Positions 28,166 to 40,244 of a DNA stretch of 64,000 nucleotides are shown here, one piece after another (position 1 is the first letter of the stretch; each line of letters begins with the position of its first letter). A program made the translations under genes and the position numbers. Origin of the DNA: Octopus bimaculoides. Lineage: Eukaryota. The notes under the pieces were generated by a model. It was given only the letters and a program-made list of their open reading frames with translations, searched no databases and was not told the DNA's origin. Where the stretch lies: positions 162,841,498 to 162,905,497 of the forward strand of contig NC_068982.1 of assembly GCF_001194135.2 (NCBI RefSeq), in the 5' to 3' direction.

Positions 28166-28693
28166 GTTGAGGATAAAACTGTAGCGGTCCTGACAGCCAG
28201 ATAGAGGTTGAGTGATATGACAGACCTCTCTACAGTTGTGACAGTAGTATGAGAAAGAAAGATGTAGTGGAGAGGAGGGTGTAGTCAGCAGTAATTGAGA
28301 GTAGCTGGAGAGGTTTCATAAAGCCACGTCTTCCAGCATGGATGACAACAGGAAATTATACCTATTTATTTCCCTTTCAACAACCCGGCAACTTTAACAA
28401 GTAGCTCAGTTTAATGAACTGTATATCTTTTTATTTTCCTAACCACATACATTTTATCTTCTCAACTACATATTAAAATTAAAATATTTTGGTGTCATTT
28501 CTAAATTGTAATTCACTTTTCTTATTGTTGTTTTACTAAAATATAGTGATGTGTCAGTGGGAGTAAGATGTCATCCTAGAATAGCATGCCACGTCTTCTG
28601 TATACAGAGCCTCGTTTTAATATAATATAATGTCGACTACTATGACGTCACTAAACCGGAAGTGTAGATAACCAGAGTAAAGAAGACAGCAGA
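28166..28693. promoter_or_regulatory. Putative bidirectional promoter and 5' UTRs shared by SURF4 and TADA1
   Basis: 528 bp between divergent ATGs. Contains TGACGTCA (CRE, 28643-28650), CCGGAAGT (ETS/GABP-type, 28656-28663) and GCCACGTCTTC twice (28323-28333, 28588-28598). Confidence 0.75.
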
Positions 28694-28764
28694 ATGGCAG
28701 TTCCTATTAATCTCAATGCAATTAAGAAAGATTTAACAGAAGCTTTAGGTGATAGTATTAACGC
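28694..28764 (+). CDS. TADA1: TADA1 exon 1, transcriptional adapter 1 (SAGA complex subunit)
   Basis: ATG..MAVPINLNAIKKDLTEALGDSIN(A)|gtaagt resembles TADA1 ELEAAKKNLSEALGDNVKQ. Confidence 0.92.
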
Positions 28765-31547
28765 GTAAGTATCACAGTTTTTTTTAATATATTGATGTAA
28801 TATCTTAGCAAAGATTTTAGGATATATTTTGTAAGGTGGTTGTTGTCAAGTATTGTAAACTGCATTAGTTGTCATGTGTAGTTCTGATGGCTTATTTACA
28901 GATATATATACATACATACTCCCTCTCAGTTTATTGACTTATACAGCTTAAATATTTACATGCTAATAACTTTCTATTTATACACTTGTACCCACACACA
29001 TTATCTCTCTCTTTCCGTATATCAACTATACCTCTAAAGTTTGCAAACCGATAGCTTTCCCATATATAAAATGAGGGATTTAGCGTCAGTTTCGGCGATT
29101 AGTATTGCAGTTGTTCAATCAACGAAACTACTTATTGAATTATAGTATAACAAACTAGTATCATTAATGAAAGTTGTACCAGTAATGCAAAACTCATGCA
29201 GAATGTGACACAAAGTTAGCCACGGTACAATTCATTGAAAGAGCTTCTACACATTTTTCATCCAATTTCATAATTTCGCTGACAGAAAGTGTAGTCTAGT
29301 GAGATCAAGCTCTGGACCCTGTGATTGCAAAGAGAAATTCTTAACCATTCGGTTATATACACTCACACAGAAAAATACATATACGCATATAGAATTCATT
29401 TTGTGGTACAACAGCATGCTTCGAGTGCCTTAATACATACATCACTGTATTAACATCCCTCGTTTCATCTCCATTCATTGATGAGTGCAATTGATAAAAC
29501 CGATGAACAAAACTTTAGGTATTAGTTGTAATCATTATTTAGCTTCAGGTCGACCCTAATGAAACTGAACTATGTTGAAAGACAAGCCATGAGCATCCTC
29601 TCTTGTATATACAGGTTTACTGTGTAATGTGACTTTCCTTTTTGAAATGATAGGCTGTGACCTGACAGTTATTTTCGGAGGTCGAGTAACCACGTAGAAT
29701 CTTTGTTACCTCGCATGTAATCCATTTTTTAATATATCTCATAAACATTGGCGTGCACACACGCATTTTGTGTGTGATTGCTTCAAGGATCGGAAGCAGG
29801 AAAACATTCTGAGTAGTGAAAGATTAAATAATTAGCTTCGAGTGAATAAATAAACTCTACTGTATGTTTTTCGTTTGTGCATCCAAGCGTATATCCGGCT
29901 ATCAACTTCAATCGTTGTGTAGATGAATGTAAAATTTAGGACTTATTTATTTACGTTTTAATAGGTATCCTTACCTGCTATTATCAGTGGTGTAAAAAGT
30001 TAAGGTGATCAAATCCTGATTATTAACAAGACAAGTTGGTTCGAACCTCATCCCAAATGATGAAAATGCCCTCTTAGGAGTAATATGATAGCAAAAACAT
30101 TTGTAGGTATAAATCCATATATTCATATTTTCACACTGTATTGATATTCATATATACACACGCACTGATGATGACTCTCAGCTTATTGCTGACATTCTCG
30201 ACGAGAGCATGACTAACCAATTCTTGTCCCTTGATATTCCAGACAATAAACACAGGATTACTTTGACGTGCTCCCTCTTCTCAGTAATTCTCATCTCTTA
30301 GTAAAACACTCAACTTGAGCTAACGAGGAAGCTTCTATGTGGGTCGATTATCTGCTAGAAATAATAGCTAGATATCCCTCAAATTTTCTTCCTTCATTTA
30401 AAAATGGGGGAAAGACACTTTTGATAATAAACTCGTAGATACTCCCAAATAGGCAAAATAGATTTTCTTTGTATCTAAGTCTTTTCGACAAGTCCACATA
30501 AATAGCACCTAGTACACTCTGTAAAGTGGTTGGTGTTAGGAAGGGTGTCAAACCGTCCAACCCATGTCAGCATGGAAAACTGATGTTAAATGATCAAGAT
30601 GATGGAAAGAAAGTCCTGTCACTTATCAAGATGGGAAAGAAACAAATATTCTTTGAACTTAATTGATATATTTAATCAAGAATAATATTTCCCCTCATAC
30701 ACACTCGGTCACATATTGAAAATTGTATAGCAACATGAAAAATAAAAACTATAATCTATTTTAACATCTAACCTCCTCCATTACATAAAGTTCAACAAAT
30801 TCATTCATATTCATGTAATGGAGGAGCTTAGATGTTAAAATGGATTATAGTTTTTATTTTTCAATTTGCTATACAATTTGTCTCGTACAAAAAGACTCAG
30901 ATATTCATAATAGAAAATCATAATAGTCATATCTGTACTCGTCAGTAGCTGATATAAAAACTAAAAAAGACATTAGAAGTACATAGATTTTCTCTTAGTT
31001 ATCGTTTTAGGATTATTGTATTCATTCTTGCAGTCATGTCTATTTGAATCAAGATAAAAAAATATATATTAAGTGGGTGCTGATATATGTAATATTAAAC
31101 ACTGACAGTCTCTCTATGTCTGTCTATGTAAAGCTTCTTAAATGAATTATATTACTGATCAGGCTGTATTTGTATGTATGATGAGGAATCCCAAATAAGG
31201 AGGTGAATAAAATTTATAATTCAAGTATTTATTGTAAATAATAGGTTTAATCATGTTTTTAAGAAAATTTAGAAATAAATACAATATGAGTAATAAGGTC
31301 TAAATGAAGTTTAAATAAGGGGGGATTACTTACGTTATAAACTTATATAATCAGATACATACCCATACAGCCATATATACATATATGTACACATTTATAC
31401 ATACATAGACACATATATATATACACACACAGACATACATGCATATACAAATACATCTGTACATGCGTGTACAGCCCATATACCTATCCCTACATACATA
31501 TGCACACGTATACTCGCTCATTAGATACTTATATACAAGTAGCTAGG

Positions 31548-31775
31548 CATATGCCCATGTTTCACTGCCATGTAGCATGGCTGTTCGTACACATGCATCA
31601 TACAGTCTGCCTTTTACTCTGAGTGAGAGGCCCTTTGTCGCCAGCAGAGGTAAGAGCTCTCTGAGCTTTGCCCAGGCTATTCTTATTATAGCAGCTACAC
31701 TTTCAGCGCACCCTCCCCCACTACTAACTTGGTCTCCCAGATAGCGGAAGCTATCAACTACGTCTAGTTTTTCCT
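31548..31775 (-). mobile_element. RTE LINE RT fragment, inverted copy of the 34830-35055 segment
   Basis: Reverse complement aligns with the plus-strand RTE copy (DSFRYLGDQV...RIAWAK...KGLSLRVKGRLYDAC). Confidence 0.85.
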
Positions 31776-32157
31776 TGTCTTTAAAATAGTTGAATACCTA
31801 GTGATTAATTAATCCTCAATATAATATGTCAGAAAAGAAGATAAGATGGTCATAGCTTGAATAACAAGCTACAAAAATTTTACACAAAGTGCAGGACTTT
31901 TTATTTTGTATGTTCTCTTTGCTATTGAAGGAGAGTAGGTTTTATATTTCAATTGAAGGATGTTCTGTTGGATTATTTTCATGGAAGTTACGCTGGTCTG
32001 AAGTGCTATCTGTAGATAATGCCTGTATGTAAAAGAATGAAGATATTGGGATCAGTACAAATAATTATACCCCCTCCTTAAATTTGGTGGGTATGTTAGA
32101 AATCATTAATATTATTCAATAAGGAGTTCCAAAACTAAATATTTAACTTTTCTTCAG

Positions 32158-32194
32158 GTATCAGCAGAGTCTGAAAGCATGGTTTCGACAGAAG
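32158..32194 (+). CDS. TADA1: TADA1 exon 2 (37 nt)
   Basis: tcttcag|G TAT CAG CAG AGT CTG AAA GCA TGG TTT CGA CAG AAG|gtatgt = YQQSLKAWFRQK (cf. YWANLKLWFKQK). Phase-consistent. Confidence 0.9.
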
Positions 32195-33333
32195 GTATGT
32201 TTTTAAAATTTCTGTAAATTTAAAGTCAACTTATTTATTTCTGTCATAAAACGCAGAACTATTTTTATTGAAATATGCTGATATATGAAATCATTCGATA
32301 ACTTTAAGAAATATATCTTGTTTTAATTGTCTTCATCTTTTTAATTTCATCTTTTTTTCTCCTTTTATCTCTCTTTTACTATGATTTCCTGGAGTGAAAT
32401 GATAGTGTTGGTACTGAAGTAGGTTTTAGCACATATAATGAAAATCTGTACATTGCTAAGGAGGTCTAATGACATCAAAATAAGTCTTCAGTTGTCTCCA
32501 TTATTTGACTCCTGTTATTAGTCAATGAGTTATTTTTCTTCTTTTTTTTTTTTTTGCTGAAGTATATCTTTCTTGTTAGTTTTTAGATACCTCCGTTATT
32601 AGATATGTTAACACTTTAACTATCATCGCAAAGATTGATGTTCACATTTCAGTTTGGTTTATCTCTGAGGAAACACATGAAGTTTCTACAAAAATCTTGC
32701 ACCAATATACTAGTCAGTTAGTGAAAATGAAGAATTTGTCTTTTATCTACTTAACACTAAAGCAAACGGAGTTAAACATTAACCTGTGGACCATTGTAAG
32801 TTGTTTAAAAATAGATTTGAATGGGTATCAGACAATATTTTCATATCTAATGCTTTATTTATATCCTGATTTCCTGTAGCTATGGAGTAATTATATTATT
32901 CTACCTACAACAATGCATTATATCCTTGGGCAAGTTACATCAATCTAACTAAATTATTCCTATAATGAAATACTTACTAACAAGGGATCTTCTACATGGT
33001 CGCTAGGCTTGCTAAAAACAGTAGACAAATCTTCTTCAGCTCATTCTCTACCATCTGAGAAAAAAATGAGGGTCATATTGGATTGTGTAGTTAGATGTTA
33101 AATGCCTGTAAAAAGATTGAGACAGTCATGATTAGAAAGCCTTTGGTCATAAGTTTGTTCATTCAGTGCTGATTTGGAGGCTACATGATAACATTTATAA
33201 CAACATGTATGATATGTAAAATTGCCAACAAGGGAGAAGACATCTAAAACAGTAAAAAGAAATCAATGTCTCATAAGCTGTTTCTTTCAATTTTTTGTTT
33301 GAAAACTATTACATACATCTCCTTATTTCTTAG

Positions 33334-33388
33334 ATGTCAAAAGAAGAATTTGATACGGAAGCTCGGAAAATGCTAAAGGCTGACATGG
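33334..33388 (+). CDS. TADA1: TADA1 exon 3 (55 nt)
   Basis: ttcttag|MSKEEFDTEARKMLKADM|gtaagc (cf. ISKEEFDLEAHRLL). Confidence 0.92.
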
Positions 33389-33892
33389 GTAAGCTGCAAA
33401 AACCTATTGTTACCATAATTTATTGACATTCTCCATGTATGCATTAATTAAACATATTGAATGTCACAGTCTCTTTTGCTGCTATTTCCAGTTTGCTTTT
33501 GGGTTTTTTTCCCCCTTTTTTGTTATCTCAAGTTTTTTCATTTGTTCACTCATTGTCAAAGAGTTAATCAAATTTTTAAAATGATCAAAGGATTTAAAAG
33601 TATATTTTATGTAAAGATTTGTGTTGAATTAACTTATATTATTCAAATCAATATTTTTTTCTATTAGTTATTGACATATCTCTGAAATTTGCTGCTCAGC
33701 CACTTGCATGTTAATTGGATCAATTGGAACTCTTGCGGGATCAATTGGAACTCTTGTTGTCATAACTGATTGAGTGCCAGTTATAAATGAATAATAAATA
33801 AAAGAAATATATAATTTACATGAACTTACTGCCACTGTTTCTCATACATTTTTTCTTACAATTCTCAGTTTGTTTGTTTTCATCTTTTTCAG

Positions 33893-33958
33893 TTCACTTA
33901 CACAACCGCTTCCTTTTATCCATTTTAGCCAAATGTCAAGTCTTAAGTAATACACCAG
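33893..33958 (+). CDS. TADA1: TADA1 exon 4 (66 nt)
   Basis: tttttcag|(V)HLHNRFLLSILAKCQVLSNTP|gtaaaa (cf. VHSHNDFLLAILTRCQ). Confidence 0.93.
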
Positions 33959-34449
33959 GTAAAATTCTATTATTTCTTCTTCTCCATTAAAAATGTTCTT
34001 GGTTCTTGTAGCAAATGTTCTTTGTGATAAGTCATAGCCACATAGATAAGAAGTTTGCTTTGCATTTATGCAGTTCTAGGTTTAATCCTACTGTGTAGCA
34101 CCTTGGACAAGTATCTTCTATACAAAACTCCCAATTGACCAATGTTTTATAAAAGGAATTTGGTAAGCAGAAACTCTTTAGAAATATGCCATGTGTGAGT
34201 GCATATGTTGTGTATGTCATGTGTGAGTGCATATATATTTATACATGCACATATATCATTATCACCATCATTTAATGTCCAAGTTGCCATGCAGTGGGAC
34301 TGAGCTTGAAACTGTGGTTGGAAAGCAAACTTCATGACCACGGAGCCACAACCACACAGTCTTGGGTTCAGTTCCACTGCATAGCATCTTGGGCAAATGT
34401 CTTACACTACTTTTGAACGGATTTGGTAGATACATACTGAAAGAAGCCT

Positions 34450-35960
34450 GTTATTCATCATAGTCCTCCAGGCAATAACAGAGAAATTCAAGACAGGATG
34501 CCCCTGGAAGCTTCTCTTTGATGATGACCTTGCTCTAGAGGAGAAGTTTCAGGTGTGGAAGCAAGGACTAGAATTGAAGGGCCTTAGAGTCAACCTAGCA
34601 AAAAAACCAAAGTCTTAATAAGTAGGAAGGCAGACAAACCACGAATCCCTTCAGATAGATGGCCCTGTGTGATCGGTAGAAACTTCATAAGATGTACCCA
34701 GTGTAAGCTATAGACACATAAGTGCAGCAATATCAAAGGAAGGCTAACTGGGAAGAAAGTTTTTGTGTGTGGTAAATGCTCAGGACCAATAAACACTGAA
34801 AATGTGCCGAAAAGACTCCATCACATTCCAGGGAGAAAACTACAAGTAGTTGATAGCTTCCATTACCTAGGTGACCAAGTCAGTAGCAGTGGGGCCGATG
34901 CTCTGAAAGTGTAGTTGCTAGAATAAGAATAGCCTGGGCAAAGTTCAGATAGCTCCTACCTCTGCTGGTGACAAAAGGCCTCTCACTCAGAGTAAAAGGT
35001 AGGCTGTATGACGCATGTGAGCAAGTAGCCATGCTACATGGCAATGAAACATGGGCTGTGACTGCTGAGAACATGCGTAAGCTTGCAAGGAATGAAGCCA
35101 GTATGCTCCACTGGATATGTAATGTCAGAGAAAAGTTGGACTTAAGAAGCATCAGATGTGTACAAGAGAGACGACTTCTTTGGTGTGGTCATGTGTTGCG
35201 TATCAATGAGAACAGCTGTGTGAAAAAGTGTCGCACCCTAGCAGTAGAGGGAACCTGTAGAAGAGATAGACCAGGAAGACCTGGGATGAGGTGTTGAAGC
35301 ATGACCTTCGAACATTGGGCAATGACAAATGACCGAGACCTCTGGAGATATGCTGTGCTTGAGAAGACCTGGCAAGCCAAGTGAGACCATAACCGTGGCC
35401 TATGCCAGTGCAGCATAACCAGCCTATTCAAGAGTACCCTTTAATCACTGGGCAATAAATTGTGCTTGCAAAGACCTGTTGTGGCAAGTGAAATCATTGT
35501 AGTGGCCGATAACAGTACCACCTGATTGACACCTGTGCCAGTGCCGCCTGACTGGCTCCTGTGCTGGTGGCACGTAAAAAGCTCCATTCAAGCATGATCG
35601 TTGCCAGTGTCGCCTGTCTGGCTCCTGTGCCAGTGGCACGTAAAAAACACCATTTGAGCGTAGTCGTTGTCAGTGCCACCTGACTGGCTCCTGTGCTGGT
35701 GGCATGTTAAAAGCACCATTTGAGTGTGGTTGATACCAGTCCTGCCTGACTGATCCTCATGCCGGTGGCACGTAAAAAGCACCCACTACACTCTCGAAGT
35801 AGTTGGCGTTAGGAAGGGCATCCAGCCGTAGAAAGTTTGCCAGATCAGATTGGAGCTTGGTGCAGCCTTCTGGCTCGCTAGCCCTCAGTCAAATCGTCCA
35901 ATCCATGCCAGCATGGAAAGCGGATTTTAAACGATTATGATAATGAGGATGATGATGATG
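34450..35960 (+). mobile_element. 5'-truncated RTE-clade LINE in TADA1 intron 4: RT C-terminal half, 3' UTR with four 66-bp repeats, (GAT)n tail
   Basis: LFIIVLQAITEKFKTGCPWKLLFDDDL (degenerate YADD), KGLSLRVKGRLYDAC..MLHGNETW, RRLLWCGHV, then repeat units at 35537/35603/35669/35735 and a gatgat tail. Confidence 0.9.
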
Positions 35961-36219
35961 TATATTGTGTGTGTTTTACTCTCACCCTGTCTTGACATTG
36001 CATAGTAGTTGTGAGTGAGTGTCACTGTAATAGAAGCAGTATAATTTATTTTCAATATTCTGTGCAAACATGTCTGGCCATGGGGAAATATCTTGCTTGA
36101 AAACAAGTAAGGGTTGGTTGCACGAAGGGCATTCAACCATTGGAAATCTGCCTAAATAAACTACTTACAGTATGTGAGCATAGAAAAGCAGAGTTCAAAA
36201 TGATGATGAAAGGGGGAGT

Positions 36220-36900
36220 AGCAAGGAACAATTTAAGGAACTAAAAGAAAAGCTAGACATCAGGTATATGTAGCACAGAGCAAAGCCACAAGTAAGAGGC
36301 TGGTCAGTGTTCTGCTACAAGGCAGTCAGAGGTGTGAAGTGTTCCAGATTACAAAGTAGTGTGTCAGAGTGAATCAGGATACTTTTGGTGAACAGTGTCT
36401 ACAGAATGCTATTGGCACATTTGCCCTCTCTGATAGGGAAAAGAAAGTGATATGGAGATATTATAAGAATTTGTTGAATAAGAAGAATACAAAGAGGAGA
36501 GAGGGCCAATAGAAGGCCCAGTTATTGTATTGAATTGAAAGCACAAATAAGCACAGAGAAAGCACTTAAGACAAAGTTAGTTGATGAGATGCTGGAAAAT
36601 ATCCTGCAGAGTAGGATAGTCAAGTAGAAGGTGGTGTCATGTTCAATGAATTGCATAGCAGTATCACCATTGACAATTGCAACAAAGGGGTACATTAAAA
36701 GAAGAAACTAGAGAGGCATCAAACTTATGGTCCAAGTTATGAAAGTAACAGAAAATGTTTTAGATAGCTGAATAGAAATAAAATTAGCTTAGATAAGATG
36801 CAGTTTGAGTTTGTAGCATGATGTGTTACCACAATATCTTTTTCCTTTTAAGACAACTTCAGGAGAAATTCTTAACTAAAAGCAAGCTACTATATCTAGG
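36220..36900 (+). mobile_element. Older RTE-type RT fragment
   Basis: RGIKLMVQVMKVTE...ISLDKMQFEFV...FLLRQLQEKFL-type motifs across frameshifts. A similar piece at 37690-37850 reads MQFGFVLGRSTINTVFLVRQLQ. Confidence 0.65.
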
Positions 36901-37123
36901 ACACTTTGGCTGTTGTTAGCTAAATAAATTAATTTTACTTTGGCTGTTGTCAACTAAATGGATTTATTTTACCAAGTATTGAATTAGGAATGTGAACCAC
37001 TCACTATGAAGTTCTGAAGTGTTTGTTTAAATGTAGTTTTTAAATGACCTTTAAATATACAAATGGCCATGTTGTAGTTTTTCTTTTATCTGATGTGACA
37101 AATATCTACATGTTGTATTGCAG

Positions 37124-37227
37124 CGCCTGCAGAGAAATCACCAAGTGCCTCCAATTCTTCTCCAAAACAGAAACCTAAGTTAAAAAGGAAGGCAGCAACT
37201 GCAACAACAAATAGAAACAATTATACA
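37124..37227 (+). CDS. TADA1: TADA1 exon 5 (104 nt, low-complexity basic linker)
   Basis: attgcag|(A)PAEKSPSASNSSPKQKPKLKRKAATATTNRNNYT|gtaaat. Open, and phases 1/0 bridge exons 4 and 6. Sequence is poorly conserved. Confidence 0.82.
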
Positions 37228-38842
37228 GTAAATTATATAATATTTTTGTTTACTTCTATCTCTGATCTTTTATTTTTGTTTTAAATCTCTCTCTTTTTTG
37301 ATTATCTTATTGTTTGATATATGCATATCTAAATGTTACAGTTATAAAAATTAAAGAAAAAGATAGTATTTAATAAATAATGCAGAATTTATTCATATAT
37401 TTATTTAAACTGAAATTTTTAGTCATGATTCAAGTCTAAGTTGGGAAATATATCTACCTTTTACAAGCTGGTATGGATGAGACTTCTTGAAGCAGTATTC
37501 AATGGTCAGATACTTTTCCTGACACCAGTCCCTACTTGTTTTCAAATAAAGTACTTTATTCCATATCTCTGCATGCTGAACTACTAAGCTATCAAACATT
37601 TTATTTATGTGGAACAGAAGGATGTCACTGTTATCCACCTAATGTCAGATGCAAAGATACATGCAAACATATAGACACACAGATCACGATATGAAAGTTA
37701 CCGAAAGAGTTATAATGTAATTGATTAGTATGAGAATTAAGATAGATGTGATGCAGTTTGGTTTTGTACTTGGAAGAAGTACTATTAATACAGTCTTCCT
37801 TGTGAGACAGCTGCAAAAGTATCAAGTCTTGAGTAAAGCCCTGTACAAGTACGCGCACACACATCATCACATAATGTCTGTTTTCCATACTGGTATGGGT
37901 TGGATGGTTTGACCAGAGCTGGTAACCTGAAGAGCTGCACCAGGCTTCAGTCTGATTTGGCATGGTTTTTATGGATGGATGCCCTTCCTAATGCCAATCA
38001 CTTTACGTAGTGTGCTGGGTGCCTTTACATGGCACCACACAAGTGCTTTTATGTAGCACTGGAACAGGACTCTTGCAGGCCAATCCTCTTCACCAGTGGG
38101 AGTGGCCTTAACATTTCTGCTGTGAAGTTGAGGTTTTGTTGAGTACAGGAAGGCACTAGGTATCTCGGTCAACCACTGCATATGGGATAGAATTGCTCTT
38201 AACTATAGGTGTGAATAGTTCGGCTTCAATAAGGCAGAGGTGTGGTATACTTGGAGCCTTGAATCTGTGGATATCACCTTGTTATTCAACTTATTATTTA
38301 TATATTTGATCAGCTCTGACCTGGGGCTGCACAATATGCTAAATATATTTATGTCCAAGTCAATGGTCTTATATGGGGTGTTTGTAAGAATTTGGTCACA
38401 GACATTCATATCAAAGAAATCCTAACAAAGAGCCTCAATGTAGTTGCTCGAAATGCTAGAAATAGCAGTCAAATTCATCAAAATCACCCTACTATCTTAT
38501 GTAAAGGAAGAATACTCTAGATAATGTAGTTCTAAATAAATCTTTTACAGACAAGATAGTCACAAATGGAATGCCTTTGATCATAGTCTTGCTTAATCTA
38601 AGTTCACCTGGAACTACAAGCAATATCAATATCAAAATTCAATAGTTTTTGAAAATATTTTACTTCTGACGCCCTCTCTCTTTTTGGTTAACTTTATTTA
38701 ACTATAAATTTATTAATCATCTATAGTATACTTAATTTCATTTATTAGCTACAATAATCTGCATTAGTATTGTTATCTAAAAAAAAAAAGACTATTTTTG
38801 TAACATAATATTGTTAAGTCTTATTTTATTTACTAATTTCAG

Positions 38843-38921
38843 CAAAAATTTATACCTGTGAATCCTATTTCTTATGCTCCAGTTGTTAGTCCACGCAGTT
38901 TGGAAGATGACATAAATGTTG
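38843..38921 (+). CDS. TADA1: TADA1 exon 6 (79 nt)
   Basis: aatttcag|QKFIPVNPISYAPVVSPRSLEDDINV|gtaagt (cf. HRFQPQNPLSGA...DDDD). Confidence 0.88.
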
Positions 38922-39604
38922 GTAAGTTTCAAAGCTTTGAGGTAGGAGGGGAATGGAATTTTTTTTTTTTTTTTTGTAAATTTTCCTAGTATTCTTTTTA
39001 TATTCCATTATTATAAAATTTTGCAATAATGACAATTCTCTTCTGTAAAAATTTCAACTGTTGTTCAATCTTTTGCAACCAACTTCTCTATCACATTTTC
39101 CCCTAATGATGGTTAGTGTGAAACTAACAAAAATAAATTGCAATTCCATTGCACCTGGAATTCTGATACAGATTGTGAACCACATTGCAGTACTAAATAG
39201 TAGTTGCGATGTAAAGTGTAAGTCTTTTGTATCTACATCCCAAGTTCTATCCTATATTCTTATCAAAGTATAAGTTCTCTCTAACGTATTTATTTAGAAG
39301 GTTGGAAAGTTGATCCTGCAACGATCAGATACTCTCACATCAAAGTTTTTACCTTTTCTTCCATTTCCAGTTCTCTTCCTACTATTAATTCTTCTGGTTG
39401 TAATTTAACGATGTTGTGTCCATGTAAGCCAGGTATATGCAATAAGCAAAGTAATGTGTTTTGGTTCAGGACACACAATATAGTGGCTCTAATGTGAACA
39501 GGAATATATAATTATTTATCTAATATCTTAACCTCACCTCTCAGTTCCTCTTTCTGTTTTTTGTAATATAGGTTAAAGCATCATCTGTAAGAAAATGCTT
39601 TGTT

Positions 39605-39641
<37 letters not shown>

Positions 39642-40244
39642 CATTTGTTTAATGCCTATTTTCCATGCTAAAATGACTTAGATGAAACTAACTTTTGAGG
39701 CAGAATTTATATTGTTGGATGCACTTCTTGTTACTTACTTACTTTTAACTGATTTACAAGTAGTTCCAGAGAAATTTGAAAGTGCACAAAGAGATAGTGG
39801 ATGATTTTGCTGACAGGAAATATCAAGAGACTTAACTAATTGTAGCCTAACCAAAAAATGATGGTGTCACCATCTGTGCCCATAATTCAGTGTTGTTTTG
39901 GAGATATACACACAAGCATGCATGTATACATACATATATGATGGGCTTCTTGCACTTTTCCATCTACTAAATTCCCACAAAATGCATTGGTTAATGAAGG
40001 GCTATAGTAGGAGACATTGCTTAGTGGGACTGAACCCAAAATTACATGAAAGAGGCAAACTTCTTGAGTACACAGCTTATGTGTGTGTGACTATATATTT
40101 ATATGTGCATAGATAGACAACTATAGCAGCAAAAATCATGTAAAAACAGACATTGGATCTTAATGCAGTCTTCTAGCTTATTGGAGCCTGAAAAACCATC
40201 CGATTCATGCCAGTATTAAAGACAGATTGAATGATGATGATGAG

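Noticed and set aside
35537-35800. CRISPR-like regularly spaced repeats
   Set aside because: Whole 66-bp units are homologous with no unique spacers, there are no cas genes, the context is eukaryotic, and the array is part of a LINE 3' UTR.
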